From assembly GCA_035702325.1 (NCBI GenBank), contig DASSQU010000189.1, positions 1 through 29,652 on the forward strand: a DNA stretch of 29,652 nt. The letters run 5' to 3'. Each line of letters starts with the position of its first letter. Positions within the stretch are counted from its first letter, which is position 1. The stretch is from Steroidobacteraceae bacterium. GTDB taxonomy: Bacteria; Pseudomonadota; Gammaproteobacteria; Steroidobacterales; Steroidobacteraceae. The notes beneath the pieces are model-generated. The model did not search any database. It saw only the letters and a list, made by a program, of their open reading frames with translations, and was not told the origin of the DNA. Made by a program: the position numbers and the translations under genes. Of this stretch, positions 8,352-21,478 are shown one piece after another.

Positions 8352-9806
8352 TCAGCCGCCGCGCTTCAGCGGGCGCCGCCAGCCTTCGATGGTCTGCTGG
8401 CGCGCCCGCGCCACGGTCAGCTTGCCGGCCGGCACCATGTCGGTCACGGTCGAGCCCGCGGCGATGGTGGCGCCCGCACCCACGGTGATCGGCGCCACCA
8501 GCACGCTGTTGGAGCCGGTATGCACGTCGTCTTCGATGACGGTGCGGTGCTTGTTGGCGCCGTCGTAATTGGCGATGATCGTGCCGGCGCCGATGTTGAC
8601 CCGCGCCCCGAGCCGCGCATCTCCCACGTAGGCGAGGTGATTGGCCTTGCAGCCGTCGCCGAGCTCGGAGTTCTTGACCTCGACGAAGTTGCCGATGTGC
8701 ACCCCGCGCCCGAGCACCGAGCGCGGCCGGAAGCGTGCGAAGGGACCGAGGTTGCACTCCGGGCCCGCCACCGTGCCGTCGATGACACAGTGGGCGAACA
8801 CCTGGGTGCCGGCGCCGAGCTCGCTGTCCCGGATGAGGCAGCCCGGGCCGACGCGCACGCCGTCGCCGAGCACCACGTGTCCTTCGAGCACCACGTTGAC
8901 GTCGAGGAACACGTCCGCTCCGTGGCTGACGCTGCCGCGCAGGTCGAGGCGCGCGGGATCGGCGACCGTGACGCCCGCGAGCATCAGCGCGCGCACCGCG
9001 CGGCGCCGCCAGGCGTCCTCGACCGCGGCGAGCTGCGCCTTGTCGTTGACGCCGAGCACCTCGATCGCCTCCGGCGCGGTCAGCGCGACGACCGCGATCC
9101 GTTCCTTCACCGCCATGGCGATCACGTCGGTGAGGTAGTACTCGCGCTGGGCGTTGTCGGCGGACAGCCGCCCGAGCCACGCGCGCAGCAGCCGCGCCGG
9201 CCCGGTGAGCACCCCGGTGTTGCACTCGCGGATGCGGCGCTGCGCCGCGCTTGCGTCGCGCTCCTCGACGATGCGGCGCACCCGCCCGCCGGGGGCACGC
9301 ACCACCCGGCCGTAGCCCGCCGGATCGTCCGCCATCATGGTGAGCAGGCCGAGCCGCCCGCTTCCCGCGAGCTCGAGCAGCCGCTCGAGCGTCGAGCGGC
9401 TGATGAGCGGCACGTCCCCGTAGAGGACCAGCACCTGCTGGTCATCGGCAATGGCGGGCATCGCCTGGGCGAGCGCGTGCCCGGTGCCGAGACGCGGCTC
9501 CTGCAGCGTCCAGGACACTGCCGCGGCCGGCAGCGCCGCGCGCACCCGCTCGCCGCCGTGCCCGTAGACGACCTGAATCGACCGGGGGCTGAGCGAGCGG
9601 GCGGTTTCGATCACGTGATCGAGCAGCGGCCGGCCGGCGAGCGGCTGCAGCACTTTCGGCATTCGCGAGCGCATGCGCTTGCCCTCGCCCGCGGCCAGGA
9701 TCACCACCGCCAGCGCCGTGCGCTGGCCGGAGGCCGCCTCGCGCCCCGCGCCCCGTTGTCGGCGGGCGCGCCCGCGGAGGCTGGCGCTGCGGACGGTGTT
9801 GCGCAT
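8352..9806 (-). CDS. glmU: Bifunctional UDP-GlcNAc pyrophosphorylase / glucosamine-1-P N-acetyltransferase
   Basis: [32 protein letters not shown], hexapeptide repeats and GNFVEVK. ATG 9806 is the only ATG upstream of the conserved motif in the plausible range. Confidence 0.98.
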   Translation of the reverse strand: MRNTVRSASLRGRARRQRGAGREAASGQRTALAVVILAAGEGKRMRSRMPKVLQPLAGRPLLDHVIETARSLSPRSIQVVYGHGGERVRAALPAAAVSWTLQEPRLGTGHALAQAMPAIADDQQVLVLYGDVPLISRSTLERLLELAGSGRLGLLTMMADDPAGYGRVVRAPGGRVRRIVEERDASAAQRRIRECNTGVLTGPARLLRAWLGRLSADNAQREYYLTDVIAMAVKERIAVVALTAPEAIEVLGVNDKAQLAAVEDAWRRRAVRALMLAGVTVADPARLDLRGSVSHGADVFLDVNVVLEGHVVLGDGVRVGPGCLIRDSELGAGTQVFAHCVIDGTVAGPECNLGPFARFRPRSVLGRGVHIGNFVEVKNSELGDGCKANHLAYVGDARLGARVNIGAGTIIANYDGANKHRTVIEDDVHTGSNSVLVAPITVGAGATIAAGSTVTDMVPAGKLTVARARQQTIEGWRRPLKRGG

Positions 9807-9813
9807 GGGCGGA

Positions 9814-9819
9814 ATTGTA
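9814..9819 (-). promoter_or_regulatory. -10 box TACAAT 7 nt upstream of the glmU ATG, leaderless-type internal promoter
   Basis: Minus strand reads TACAAT-TCCGCCC-ATG; 5/6 match to TATAAT. Confidence 0.6.
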
Positions 9820-9841
9820 CCCTTGGGCCGGCGGTGCGCCG

Positions 9842-11269
9842 TCAACGTCGGGCGGTGAACGGGTGCTGGCCGGCTCCGGGCCGGGCGGAGTCGAGCTCGC
9901 GGAGCTTGCGGCGCATCAGCTCGCCGACATAGAGCTGCGGGTTGGAATGCACCGCGTGCTCGGCGTCCTCGCGCCGGGCGATGAGCCGCGCTGCCTTGTC
10001 GAACGCCTCCTCGAGCGAGGGCGCTCCCGGGAGCGCGTCGCGCAGGAAGGCCTCGCCGAACCAGGTGAGATCGCGGCCCTCGGTGCAGCCGAAGGAGCTG
10101 TGGGTCGCGTCCGCCGCGGTGACGATCGCCGTGGTGTCGCTCTTGAGCGCATCGAGAAACACCCCCGAATAGCAGGCCGACAGGATGACCAGCCGCCATT
10201 TGATGCCCGACTCATCGAGCGCCCGGCGCAGATCCGCGGGCCCGAAGGGTGCGAGCGGCAGCCCGCCGTTGCTGACTTCCAGCCCCTCCTCCGAGCCGTG
10301 CGAGGTGAGGAACAGCACCAGCACGTCCTGCTCCGCGTCCATGCGCGTCGCCAGGAGCTTCAGCGCCTGCGTGAGCCCCGAGAGGCTCGCGAGCGGGTAC
10401 GAGTCGCGGTCGTCGGCGTCGTTGATGAGGAGTACCGAGCGCTCCGCGGTGCCGAAGCGCGCCGCGAACACCTGCCGCGCGAACAGCGCCTCGTGGCTGA
10501 AGACCGCCGGCTCGCCATCGCCGGCGAAGCCGACGAAGTAGGCGCGCGGCACCCCGGGCTCGGAGGGCCGCACCTGCTCGAGCGCCGCGGCGATGCGCGC
10601 CGGCTGGTCGTAGAGCAGCGCCTCGGACTCCGCCGGATCTTCCTCCTCCTGGGTCTGCTCCGCCTCGGGCGCGACCCACAGCCGGGTGTCGAGATTGAGC
10701 ACCGCCAGGGCCCAGGGCGCGACCAGCACCAGGGCGACCGCGAGCAGTGCCGCCCGCGGGCGCACCGGGCCGAAGGCCGCGCCGAGCACCCGCACCGCGA
10801 GCGCCGCCAGGTACGCGACCCCGAGCGCGGTCGCAAGCAGCGGATGATCGCCGCACCAGCCGAGATCGCCCGCCAGCCACAGCGCGGCGAGTGCATAGGG
10901 GGAGGCCGCGAGCGCCGGCACCAGCAGCGCCCGGGTGGGCGCGGCGCCGCTGTGGACGCGGGCGACGAGCGCGCAGGCGATGAGCGCGAGCAGCAGGTAG
11001 CAGGCCCAGCCGAACAGCCCGTCCGCCGCGAACACCGCCCCGCGCTCGGCGTGCAGCCGGTCGAGCACCGCCCACACGGCGATGTCGACCAGCACGAGCG
11101 CCGCGAGCTGATCGAAGCCGACGGCAAAACGCGGCGGCCAGCGCCGCCGCAGCAGCGCCAGCGCCAGTCCCCCGCTCAGGTTGCGGGCCAGGTCCGCCGC
11201 CAGCCGGGGCGGCGCCGCATCGGGGGCCGCCTGGGCACCGGCGCGATCGGGTATCGGATCCGTGATCAG
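9842..11269 (-). CDS. Membrane-anchored peptidase C13 (legumain/GPI8-like, clan CD) family protein; start uncertain (CTG 11269 or GTG 11095)
   Basis: About 5 hydrophobic helices, then AYFVGFAGDG, LFLTSHG (His) and LSACYSG (Cys), SFGC, and HSNPQLYVG. The frame stays open and protein-like up to the atpC stop. Confidence 0.85.
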   Translation of the reverse strand: MITDPIPDRAGAQAAPDAAPPRLAADLARNLSGGLALALLRRRWPPRFAVGFDQLAALVLVDIAVWAVLDRLHAERGAVFAADGLFGWACYLLLALIACALVARVHSGAAPTRALLVPALAASPYALAALWLAGDLGWCGDHPLLATALGVAYLAALAVRVLGAAFGPVRPRAALLAVALVLVAPWALAVLNLDTRLWVAPEAEQTQEEEDPAESEALLYDQPARIAAALEQVRPSEPGVPRAYFVGFAGDGEPAVFSHEALFARQVFAARFGTAERSVLLINDADDRDSYPLASLSGLTQALKLLATRMDAEQDVLVLFLTSHGSEEGLEVSNGGLPLAPFGPADLRRALDESGIKWRLVILSACYSGVFLDALKSDTTAIVTAADATHSSFGCTEGRDLTWFGEAFLRDALPGAPSLEEAFDKAARLIARREDAEHAVHSNPQLYVGELMRRKLRELDSARPGAGQHPFTARR

Positions 11270-11694
11270 CCCCGCAGTTTCCTCAGCCGCTCGAGGAGCT
11301 TCAGCTGCGCCGCGGCACGCGCCAGCTCCGCCAGCGCCTCGGCCTGGGTGATGTGCGCCACCTTGTCACGCAGCGCTTCCTCGGCGCGCTGCTTGGCGGC
11401 GAGCGCCGCCGCCTCGTCGATGTCCTTGGCACGCATCGCGGTATCGGCCAGCACCGTGACGCGTGTCGGCTGTACCTCGAGCGCGCCGCCGCCCACGAAG
11501 AAATGCTGCTCCTGGCCGTCGGGGGTCTGCACGCGCACCTCGCCTGCCTTGAGGAGCGTGAGCAGCGGCGCGTGCCGCGGCATGACGCCGATGTCGCCCT
11601 GGGAAGCGGGCGCAAACACCATGGTGGCCGGGCCGGAAAAGATCTCGCCCTCGGCGCTCACGATGTCGACGTGGATGGTCGGTGCTTCAGCCAT
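11266..11694 (-). CDS. atpC: F0F1 ATP synthase subunit epsilon
   Basis: IHVDIVSAEGEIFSG, GDIGVMPRHAPLLT and VTVLADTA; operon position. Confidence 0.98.
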   Translation of the reverse strand: MAEAPTIHVDIVSAEGEIFSGPATMVFAPASQGDIGVMPRHAPLLTLLKAGEVRVQTPDGQEQHFFVGGGALEVQPTRVTVLADTAMRAKDIDEAAALAAKQRAEEALRDKVAHITQAEALAELARAAAQLKLLERLRKLRG

Positions 11695-11702
11695 GGGGTG
11701 CC

Positions 11703-13145
<1,443 letters not shown>

Positions 13146-14006
13146 TCAAACCGCGGCCGCGCCGCCCACGATCTCGGAGATCTCCTTGGTGATCGCGGCC
13201 TGGCGCGCCTTGTTGTAGATCAGTTGCAGCTCGTTGATCAGCTTGCCGGCGTTGTCGGTGGCGGCCTTCATGGCGACCATGCGCGCGGCCATTTCGGAGG
13301 CGACGTTCTCCACCGCACTGCGGTAGACCTGTGACTCGATGTAGCGCATCAGCAGCGCATCGAGGATGCCGGCGGCATCCGGCTCGTAGATGTAGTCCCA
13401 GTGCGCCTGCAGGCCCTCGGTGTCGAGCGCCTGGACGGGCAGCAGCTCCTGCACCATGGGCTTCTGCGTCATGGTGTTGACGAACTGCGCGCTCACCAGG
13501 AACAGCCGATCGAGCTTGCCGGTGCGGTAGGCGTCCAGCATCACCTTGACCGTGCCGATGAGATCCTTGACGTGCGGCCGGTCGCCGAGACCGGAGACGT
13601 TGGCGAGGATCGGCAGACCTAAGCGCCGGAAGAACGCCAGCCCCTTGGTGCCGATCAGGCACATCGAGACTTCGGCGCCCTTGCGCTGCCACTCGCGCAT
13701 CAGGAAGATCGTCTGCTTGAAGACGTTGGCGTTCAGCGCCCCGGCGAGCCCCCGGTCGGTCGAGATCACGATGACGCCGACGGCCCTGGGCTCGCGGGTG
13801 ACGAGAAACGGGTGGCGGTAGTCGGGGTTGGCCTCGGTGAGATGGCCGATGACTTCCAGCATGCGCGCCGCGTAGGGTCGCGCGAGCCGCATGCGCTCCT
13901 GGGCGCGGCGCATCTTGCTGGTGGCGACCATCTGCATGGCGCGCGTGATCTTCTGCGTGCTCTTGACACTCGCGATCTTGGAGCGGATTTCCTTGGTTCC
14001 CGGCAT
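13146..14006 (-). CDS. atpG: F0F1 ATP synthase subunit gamma
   Basis: [20 protein letters not shown] and [20 protein letters not shown]. Confidence 0.99.
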   Translation of the reverse strand: MPGTKEIRSKIASVKSTQKITRAMQMVATSKMRRAQERMRLARPYAARMLEVIGHLTEANPDYRHPFLVTREPRAVGVIVISTDRGLAGALNANVFKQTIFLMREWQRKGAEVSMCLIGTKGLAFFRRLGLPILANVSGLGDRPHVKDLIGTVKVMLDAYRTGKLDRLFLVSAQFVNTMTQKPMVQELLPVQALDTEGLQAHWDYIYEPDAAGILDALLMRYIESQVYRSAVENVASEMAARMVAMKAATDNAGKLINELQLIYNKARQAAITKEISEIVGGAAAV

Positions 14007-14043
14007 CGTTCAGCTTCTGTGTCGGTTCATGGATACATGTCCG

Positions 14044-14076
14044 GGCGAATAGTTAAGCACTGACTTAACCATCGCC
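14044..14076 (-). other. AT-rich stem-loop in the atpA-atpG intergenic region
   Basis: mRNA sense GGCG-AUGGUUAAG-[UCAGUG]-CUUAACUAU-U-CGCC: 13 pairs with one G-U and one bulge. Confidence 0.7.
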
Positions 14077-14084
14077 GCTTTGAC

Positions 14085-15626
<1,542 letters not shown>

Positions 15627-15653
15627 GTGCGTTCCTGGGGGTGTCGGTTGCGG

Positions 15654-16190
15654 TCAGGCGGTGAGCTGGTAGGCGATGCGCTCGAGCTGGGTGCGCAGCG
15701 AGCCGTCGATCACGAGATCGCCGCTCCTGAGCACCGCCCCGCCGATGAGCTGCGGGTCCGTCACGCAATGCAGCCGCACGCGCCGCTCGAGGCGCCGCTC
15801 GAGCGCCTGGGTGAGCGACTCGCGCTGCGGGGCATCGAGCGGCGTCGCCGAGGTCACGGTGACGTGGGCCACGCCCTGCGCCTCGTCCTTGAAAGTATCG
15901 AACAGCGTCGCGATCTCCGGCAGGCAGCCGAGGCGGCGGTTGACGGCGAGCAGCTCGATGAAGTTCGCGCCCGCCTCGCCGAGCTTGCCGCCGGCGATGC
16001 CGGTCACCAGCCGCGCCAGCTCCGCCGGCGTGACCCGCGGGTTGCCGAGCAGCGCCGCCACGCGGCCATCCTGCACCACGCTCGCCGCGAGCTGCAGTCC
16101 CTCGGACCAGCCCTCGAGGCCTGCGTGCGTGCGCGCTTCCTCGAAGGCCGCGCGGGCATAGGGTCGGGCGATGGTGACCTTGTCGGCCAT
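15654..16190 (-). CDS. atpH: F0F1 ATP synthase subunit delta
   Basis: MADKVTIARPYARAAFE ... LIGGAVLRSGDLVIDGS. Confidence 0.97.
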   Translation of the reverse strand: MADKVTIARPYARAAFEEARTHAGLEGWSEGLQLAASVVQDGRVAALLGNPRVTPAELARLVTGIAGGKLGEAGANFIELLAVNRRLGCLPEIATLFDTFKDEAQGVAHVTVTSATPLDAPQRESLTQALERRLERRVRLHCVTDPQLIGGAVLRSGDLVIDGSLRTQLERIAYQLTA

Positions 16191-16197
16191 GGGTGCT

Positions 16198-16671
16198 TCA
16201 GATCTGCGCCGCGAGGCGCTCGAGCAGATCCGCGTGGGCGCGCGCATCGATCTCGCGGCCGAGGAGCTTGGCGGCGGCGCCCACCGCGATGCCGGCCACC
16301 TGGCGGCGGAGAGTCTCGCGCGCGTGCGCGGCGTCGAGCTCGATCTGCTGCTGCGCGGCGGCGATCAGGCGCGCGCCCTCGCTGCTTGCCGTGCCGCGGG
16401 CCTGCTCGAGCAGGTCGTTGGCGCGGTGCTGGGCGTGGTCGATGATCTGCGTGGCCCGCTCGCGCGCCTCGCGCACCACGGCGTCGGCACGCTCGCGCGC
16501 CGCGGCGAGCTCCTGCTCGCCCTTCTCGGCCGCCGCGAGTCCGAGGGCAATCTTGCGTCCCCGTTCCTCGACGGCCGCCATGATGTAAGGCCAGACGAAC
16601 CTCATCGTAAACCAGACGAGCAACGCAAAGACGACCATCTGGATGATGAGTGTCAGGTTGATGTTCACCAT
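16198..16671 (-). CDS. atpF: F0F1 ATP synthase subunit b
   Basis: [28 protein letters not shown] helix followed by an Ala/Glu/Arg coiled coil; SD AGGAG. Confidence 0.97.
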   Translation of the reverse strand: MVNINLTLIIQMVVFALLVWFTMRFVWPYIMAAVEERGRKIALGLAAAEKGEQELAAARERADAVVREARERATQIIDHAQHRANDLLEQARGTASSEGARLIAAAQQQIELDAAHARETLRRQVAGIAVGAAAKLLGREIDARAHADLLERLAAQI

Positions 16672-16717
16672 CGACTCCTAAAGTAGCGCACGAAGGTCAC
16701 GCATCGCGGCAGAAGCC

Positions 16718-16990
<273 letters not shown>

Positions 16991-17032
16991 TCAGCCCTCC
17001 TCAAGAGAAAAATCGACGCAGTCTGCGGGGCT

Positions 17033-18323
<1,291 letters not shown>

Positions 18324-18448
18324 CTTATATAAGTCCCGCTCGACGGGCTCCAAGGAGCCGTTGTTCCCGCGCCTGAGCGAGGGCGCGGGGGGCCTGACTT
18401 AGCTCGGCCGTTCAGTCACTTACGCGATGACGGCGAAAAAGCCGCGGG

Positions 18449-18477
18449 ATTATAGAGACCCCCCGACGATCAGTCCA
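18449..18477 (-). promoter_or_regulatory. Sigma70 promoter of the atp operon
   Basis: TGGACT (18477-18472), 17-bp spacer, then a perfect TATAAT (18454-18449). Confidence 0.75.
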
Positions 18478-18491
18478 CAGCGCACTTGTAC

Positions 18492-19364
18492 CTACTGGAT
18501 GTGCGCCAGGATTCCGTCGAGTTCATCGAGGCTGTGGTAGCTCACCACGAGCTTGCCGCCGCCGCGCGCAGCCGGCTGGATCGCGACACGCGCACCGAGT
18601 TTCTCGGCGAGCTCCTGCTCGAGCCGCTCGATGTTCGGGTCGCGTGCGCTCACTTCCGTCGGCCGCGCGCCCGGAGTCTGGAGCCGGCGCACCAGCGCCT
18701 CGGTCTCGCGCACCGACAGTCCCTTCTTCGCGACCAGCAGCGCCACTTCGCTCTGCTGGCGGCGACTGCCGAGCGCGAGCACCGCACGGCCGTGTCCCAT
18801 CTCGAGCGTGCGCCGCTCGATGAGCTCGCACACCTCGGGCGCGAGCTCGAGCAGGCGCAGCAGGTTGCTCACCGCGGCACGCGAGCGGCCGACCGCATCG
18901 GCCGCCTCCTGGTGCGTGAGCCCGAACTCGCTGATCAGGCGCGTGAGCGCGCGCGCTTCCTCGAGCGGATTCAGGTTCTCGCGCTGGATGTTCTCGATGA
19001 GTGCGATGGCGATCGCCGCCTCGTCGGGGATGCGGCGGATGACGGCCGGGATCTCGGCGAGCCCGGCCATCTGCGCCGCCCGCCAGCGCCGCTCGCCGGC
19101 GATGATCTCGTAGCGCTGCGGCTCGCGGGCGCCCGGCGGGCCGAGTGCGCGCACCACGATCGGTTGCACCACGCCCTGCGCCTTGATCGAGCCGGCGAGC
19201 TCGGCGAGCGTCTCGTCGCGCATGTCGACGCGCGGCTGGAAGCGTCCGCGCTGCAGCAGGTCGAGCGGCAGCTTGGCGAGCTCCTCCCCCGCGGCCGGCG
19301 GGGCCGGCCGCTCTGCCTTTCCGAGCAGGTCCGCAAGTCCCCGGCCGAGCGTCGGCTTCTTCAT
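18492..19364 (-). CDS. parB: Chromosome partitioning protein ParB
   Basis: LGRGL N-terminus, FQPR, GVVQPIVVR, IIAGERRWRA (CTP-binding) and IENIQRENLNPLEEA + HTH. Confidence 0.98.
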   Translation of the reverse strand: MKKPTLGRGLADLLGKAERPAPPAAGEELAKLPLDLLQRGRFQPRVDMRDETLAELAGSIKAQGVVQPIVVRALGPPGAREPQRYEIIAGERRWRAAQMAGLAEIPAVIRRIPDEAAIAIALIENIQRENLNPLEEARALTRLISEFGLTHQEAADAVGRSRAAVSNLLRLLELAPEVCELIERRTLEMGHGRAVLALGSRRQQSEVALLVAKKGLSVRETEALVRRLQTPGARPTEVSARDPNIERLEQELAEKLGARVAIQPAARGGGKLVVSYHSLDELDGILAHIQ

Positions 19365-20257
19365 GCCGGCCGGCCCTCGCCGAGCGCGCTGCCCGGGGCG
19401 GTGGCGCCCGCCTCGGCCGCGGCCGCCGCCGGTGCGGCAGCGCCGAGTCCGCCGTTACCGGCGCCGGCCGCGTGGCCCCCCGGGGCCGCTTCCTCCTCGC
19501 GACGGATCATCTCGCCGGCGAGCGCCAGGTAGGCGAGCGCGCCACGGGACTCCTTGTCGTGGAACAGTGCCGGCTTGCCGAAGGAGGGTGCCTCAGCGAG
19601 GCGGATGTTGCGCGGAATCACGGTACGGAACACCTTGTCGCCGAAGTGCGTGATCAGCTGGCTGCTCACCTCGTTGGCGAGATTGTTGCGCGGGTCGAAC
19701 ATGGTGCGCAGCACGCCCTCGATGGTGAGATTGGCGTTGGCCGCCTCGCGGATCTGCTCGATGGTCGAGAGCAGCGCCGAGAGCCCCTCGAGCGCGTAGT
19801 ACTCGCACTGCATAGGGATCAGCACGCTGTCGGAAGCGACCAGCGCATTCACGGTGAGCATGCTGAGCGCCGGGGGGCAGTCGATCAGGATGACGTCGAA
19901 GGCCCCGCGCTGCGGGTGCAGCGCGTGGCGCAGCTTGGTCTCGCGGCCGATCGGCAGCGTGAGCAGGCGCACTTCCGCGGCGGTGAGGTCCTGGTTGGCC
20001 GGCAGCAGCATGTAGCCGGCGTCCTGCACCGGCACGATCGCCGCCGCCAGGTCCGACTCGCCGAGCAGCACCTCGCAGGCGCCCCGCTCGACCTGCGACT
20101 TGTCGACGCCGCTGCCCATGGTGGCGTTGCCCTGGGGATCGAGGTCGAGAAGCAGCACGCGCCGCCGGGTGGCGGCGAGCGAGGCGGCGAGATTGACCGC
20201 CGTGGTGGTCTTGCCGACGCCGCCCTTCTGGTTCGCGATGGCGATGACCCGTTTCAT
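19361..20257 (-). CDS. parA: ParA/Soj family ATPase
   Basis: Deviant Walker A NQKGGVGKTT, DLDPQGNAT, IDCPP and QCEYYALEG; ATGA overlap with parB. Confidence 0.98.
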   Translation of the reverse strand: MKRVIAIANQKGGVGKTTTAVNLAASLAATRRRVLLLDLDPQGNATMGSGVDKSQVERGACEVLLGESDLAAAIVPVQDAGYMLLPANQDLTAAEVRLLTLPIGRETKLRHALHPQRGAFDVILIDCPPALSMLTVNALVASDSVLIPMQCEYYALEGLSALLSTIEQIREAANANLTIEGVLRTMFDPRNNLANEVSSQLITHFGDKVFRTVIPRNIRLAEAPSFGKPALFHDKESRGALAYLALAGEMIRREEEAAPGGHAAGAGNGGLGAAAPAAAAAEAGATAPGSALGEGRPA

Positions 20258-20258
20258 G

Positions 20259-20285
20259 GTGCGACAGTGTACTTCACTGCCGCAC
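20259..20285 (-). promoter_or_regulatory. 11-bp inverted repeat containing the -10-like TACACT directly before the parA ATG
   Basis: GTGCGACAGTG-tactt-CACTGCCGCAC (10/11 match; G-U in the mRNA). Confidence 0.55.
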
Positions 20286-20307
20286 CAAGGCCCGCGGTGT
20301 CGCTTTT

Positions 20308-21369
20308 TCAGGCCACCAGCTGGCGCTGCTCGCGGCCGAGCCGCTCGCGCGCCAGCTGGTCGGCGACCTCGTTGGTGGTGCGCTGCTCGCGCCCCGAGCG
20401 CTCGAAGATCTCGGTGAGGCGCTGCGGGATCCCCCGGATGTCCTCGAGGACCTGGGCCTCGGTGCCCCCGTAATACTCGCGCGCCACGCTGATGATGCCG
20501 CCGGCGTTGATCACGTAGTCCGGTGCGTACAGGATCCCGGCCGCACGCAGTGCCTCGCCGTGCTCGCCCTGCGCCAGCTGATTGTTGGCTGCCCCGGCCA
20601 CCACCGGCGCGCGCAGCCGCGCGATCGATGCCTCATCGAGCACCGAGCCGAGCGCGCACGGCGCGAGCACGTCGACCGCCGCCGTGAGCACCTCATCGGG
20701 CGCGACGGGCGTCGCGCCGAACTCCCCGCAGACCCGCTCCACAGCCTCGGCACGCACGTCCGCAACTCGTGGCCGCGCTCCCGCTTCAGCCAGCAGGCCG
20801 CACAGGTGGTAGCCGACTCCACCGGCACCCTGCACCGCAACGGTGAGGCCCTCGAGATCGCTGCGGCCGAGCCTGAACTTGACCGCCGCCTGGATACCGA
20901 GAAAGACCCCGAGCGCGGTCTTCGGTGCCGGGTCGCCCCCCGCCACTCCCGTCGAGCAGCCGAGGCCCGCGACGTAGCGGGTCGCGCGCGCCACGTGCGC
21001 CATGTCGGCAGGGGTCGTCCCGACGTCCTCGGCCGTGACGTAGCGGCCGCGCAGCGAATCGACCAGGCGCCCGAAAGCGGCGAGCAGCTCCGGGGTCTTG
21101 CCCCGGCGCGGGTCGGCGATGATGACCGCCTTGCCGCCGCCGAAGGGCAGCCCGGCGAGCGCGTTCTTGTAGCTCATGCCGCGCGAGAGGCGCAGCACAT
21201 CCGCCAGCGCCGCGCTCGTGGTCGCATACGGCCACAGCCGGCAGCCGCCCGCGGCCGGCCCGAGCGTGGTCGAATGAATCGCGATGATCGCGCGCAGCCC
21301 CGTCGGCTCGTCGTGACCGAAGAGCACCAGTTCGTGACCGTCGAATTCCGGCTGCGCGAAGACTTCCAC
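20308..21369 (-). CDS. Glu/Leu/Phe/Val dehydrogenase family (Leu/Phe/Val type) amino acid dehydrogenase
   Basis: GPAAGGCR, GMSYK, GGGKAVI (catalytic Lys), TAEDVGT, VAVQGAGGVG, APCALG, GAANNQL and APDYVINAGG. The GTG start at 21369 is inferred. Confidence 0.95.
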   Translation of the reverse strand: MEVFAQPEFDGHELVLFGHDEPTGLRAIIAIHSTTLGPAAGGCRLWPYATTSAALADVLRLSRGMSYKNALAGLPFGGGKAVIIADPRRGKTPELLAAFGRLVDSLRGRYVTAEDVGTTPADMAHVARATRYVAGLGCSTGVAGGDPAPKTALGVFLGIQAAVKFRLGRSDLEGLTVAVQGAGGVGYHLCGLLAEAGARPRVADVRAEAVERVCGEFGATPVAPDEVLTAAVDVLAPCALGSVLDEASIARLRAPVVAGAANNQLAQGEHGEALRAAGILYAPDYVINAGGIISVAREYYGGTEAQVLEDIRGIPQRLTEIFERSGREQRTTNEVADQLARERLGREQRQLVA

Positions 21370-21478
21370 GGCCCGTGAGCCTACTGCGCGGGCATGCACG
21401 CGTTATCACGAAATCCGCCATAATTCGAACTCAAGTGATATATATATACCAACAATAGTGCTTACAGTGAGATGAATC

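Noticed and set aside
6361-9225. glmS frame open for 343 extra codons into glmU (possible GlmU-GlmS frameshift fusion)
   Set aside because: No slippery heptamer was seen, glmS has its own strong SD and needs the N-terminal Cys, and long stop-free shadow frames are expected at this GC.
9820-9845. TTGACG as the -35 box of the glmU promoter
   Set aside because: The spacer to TACAAT is 20 bp, too long for a canonical sigma70 promoter.
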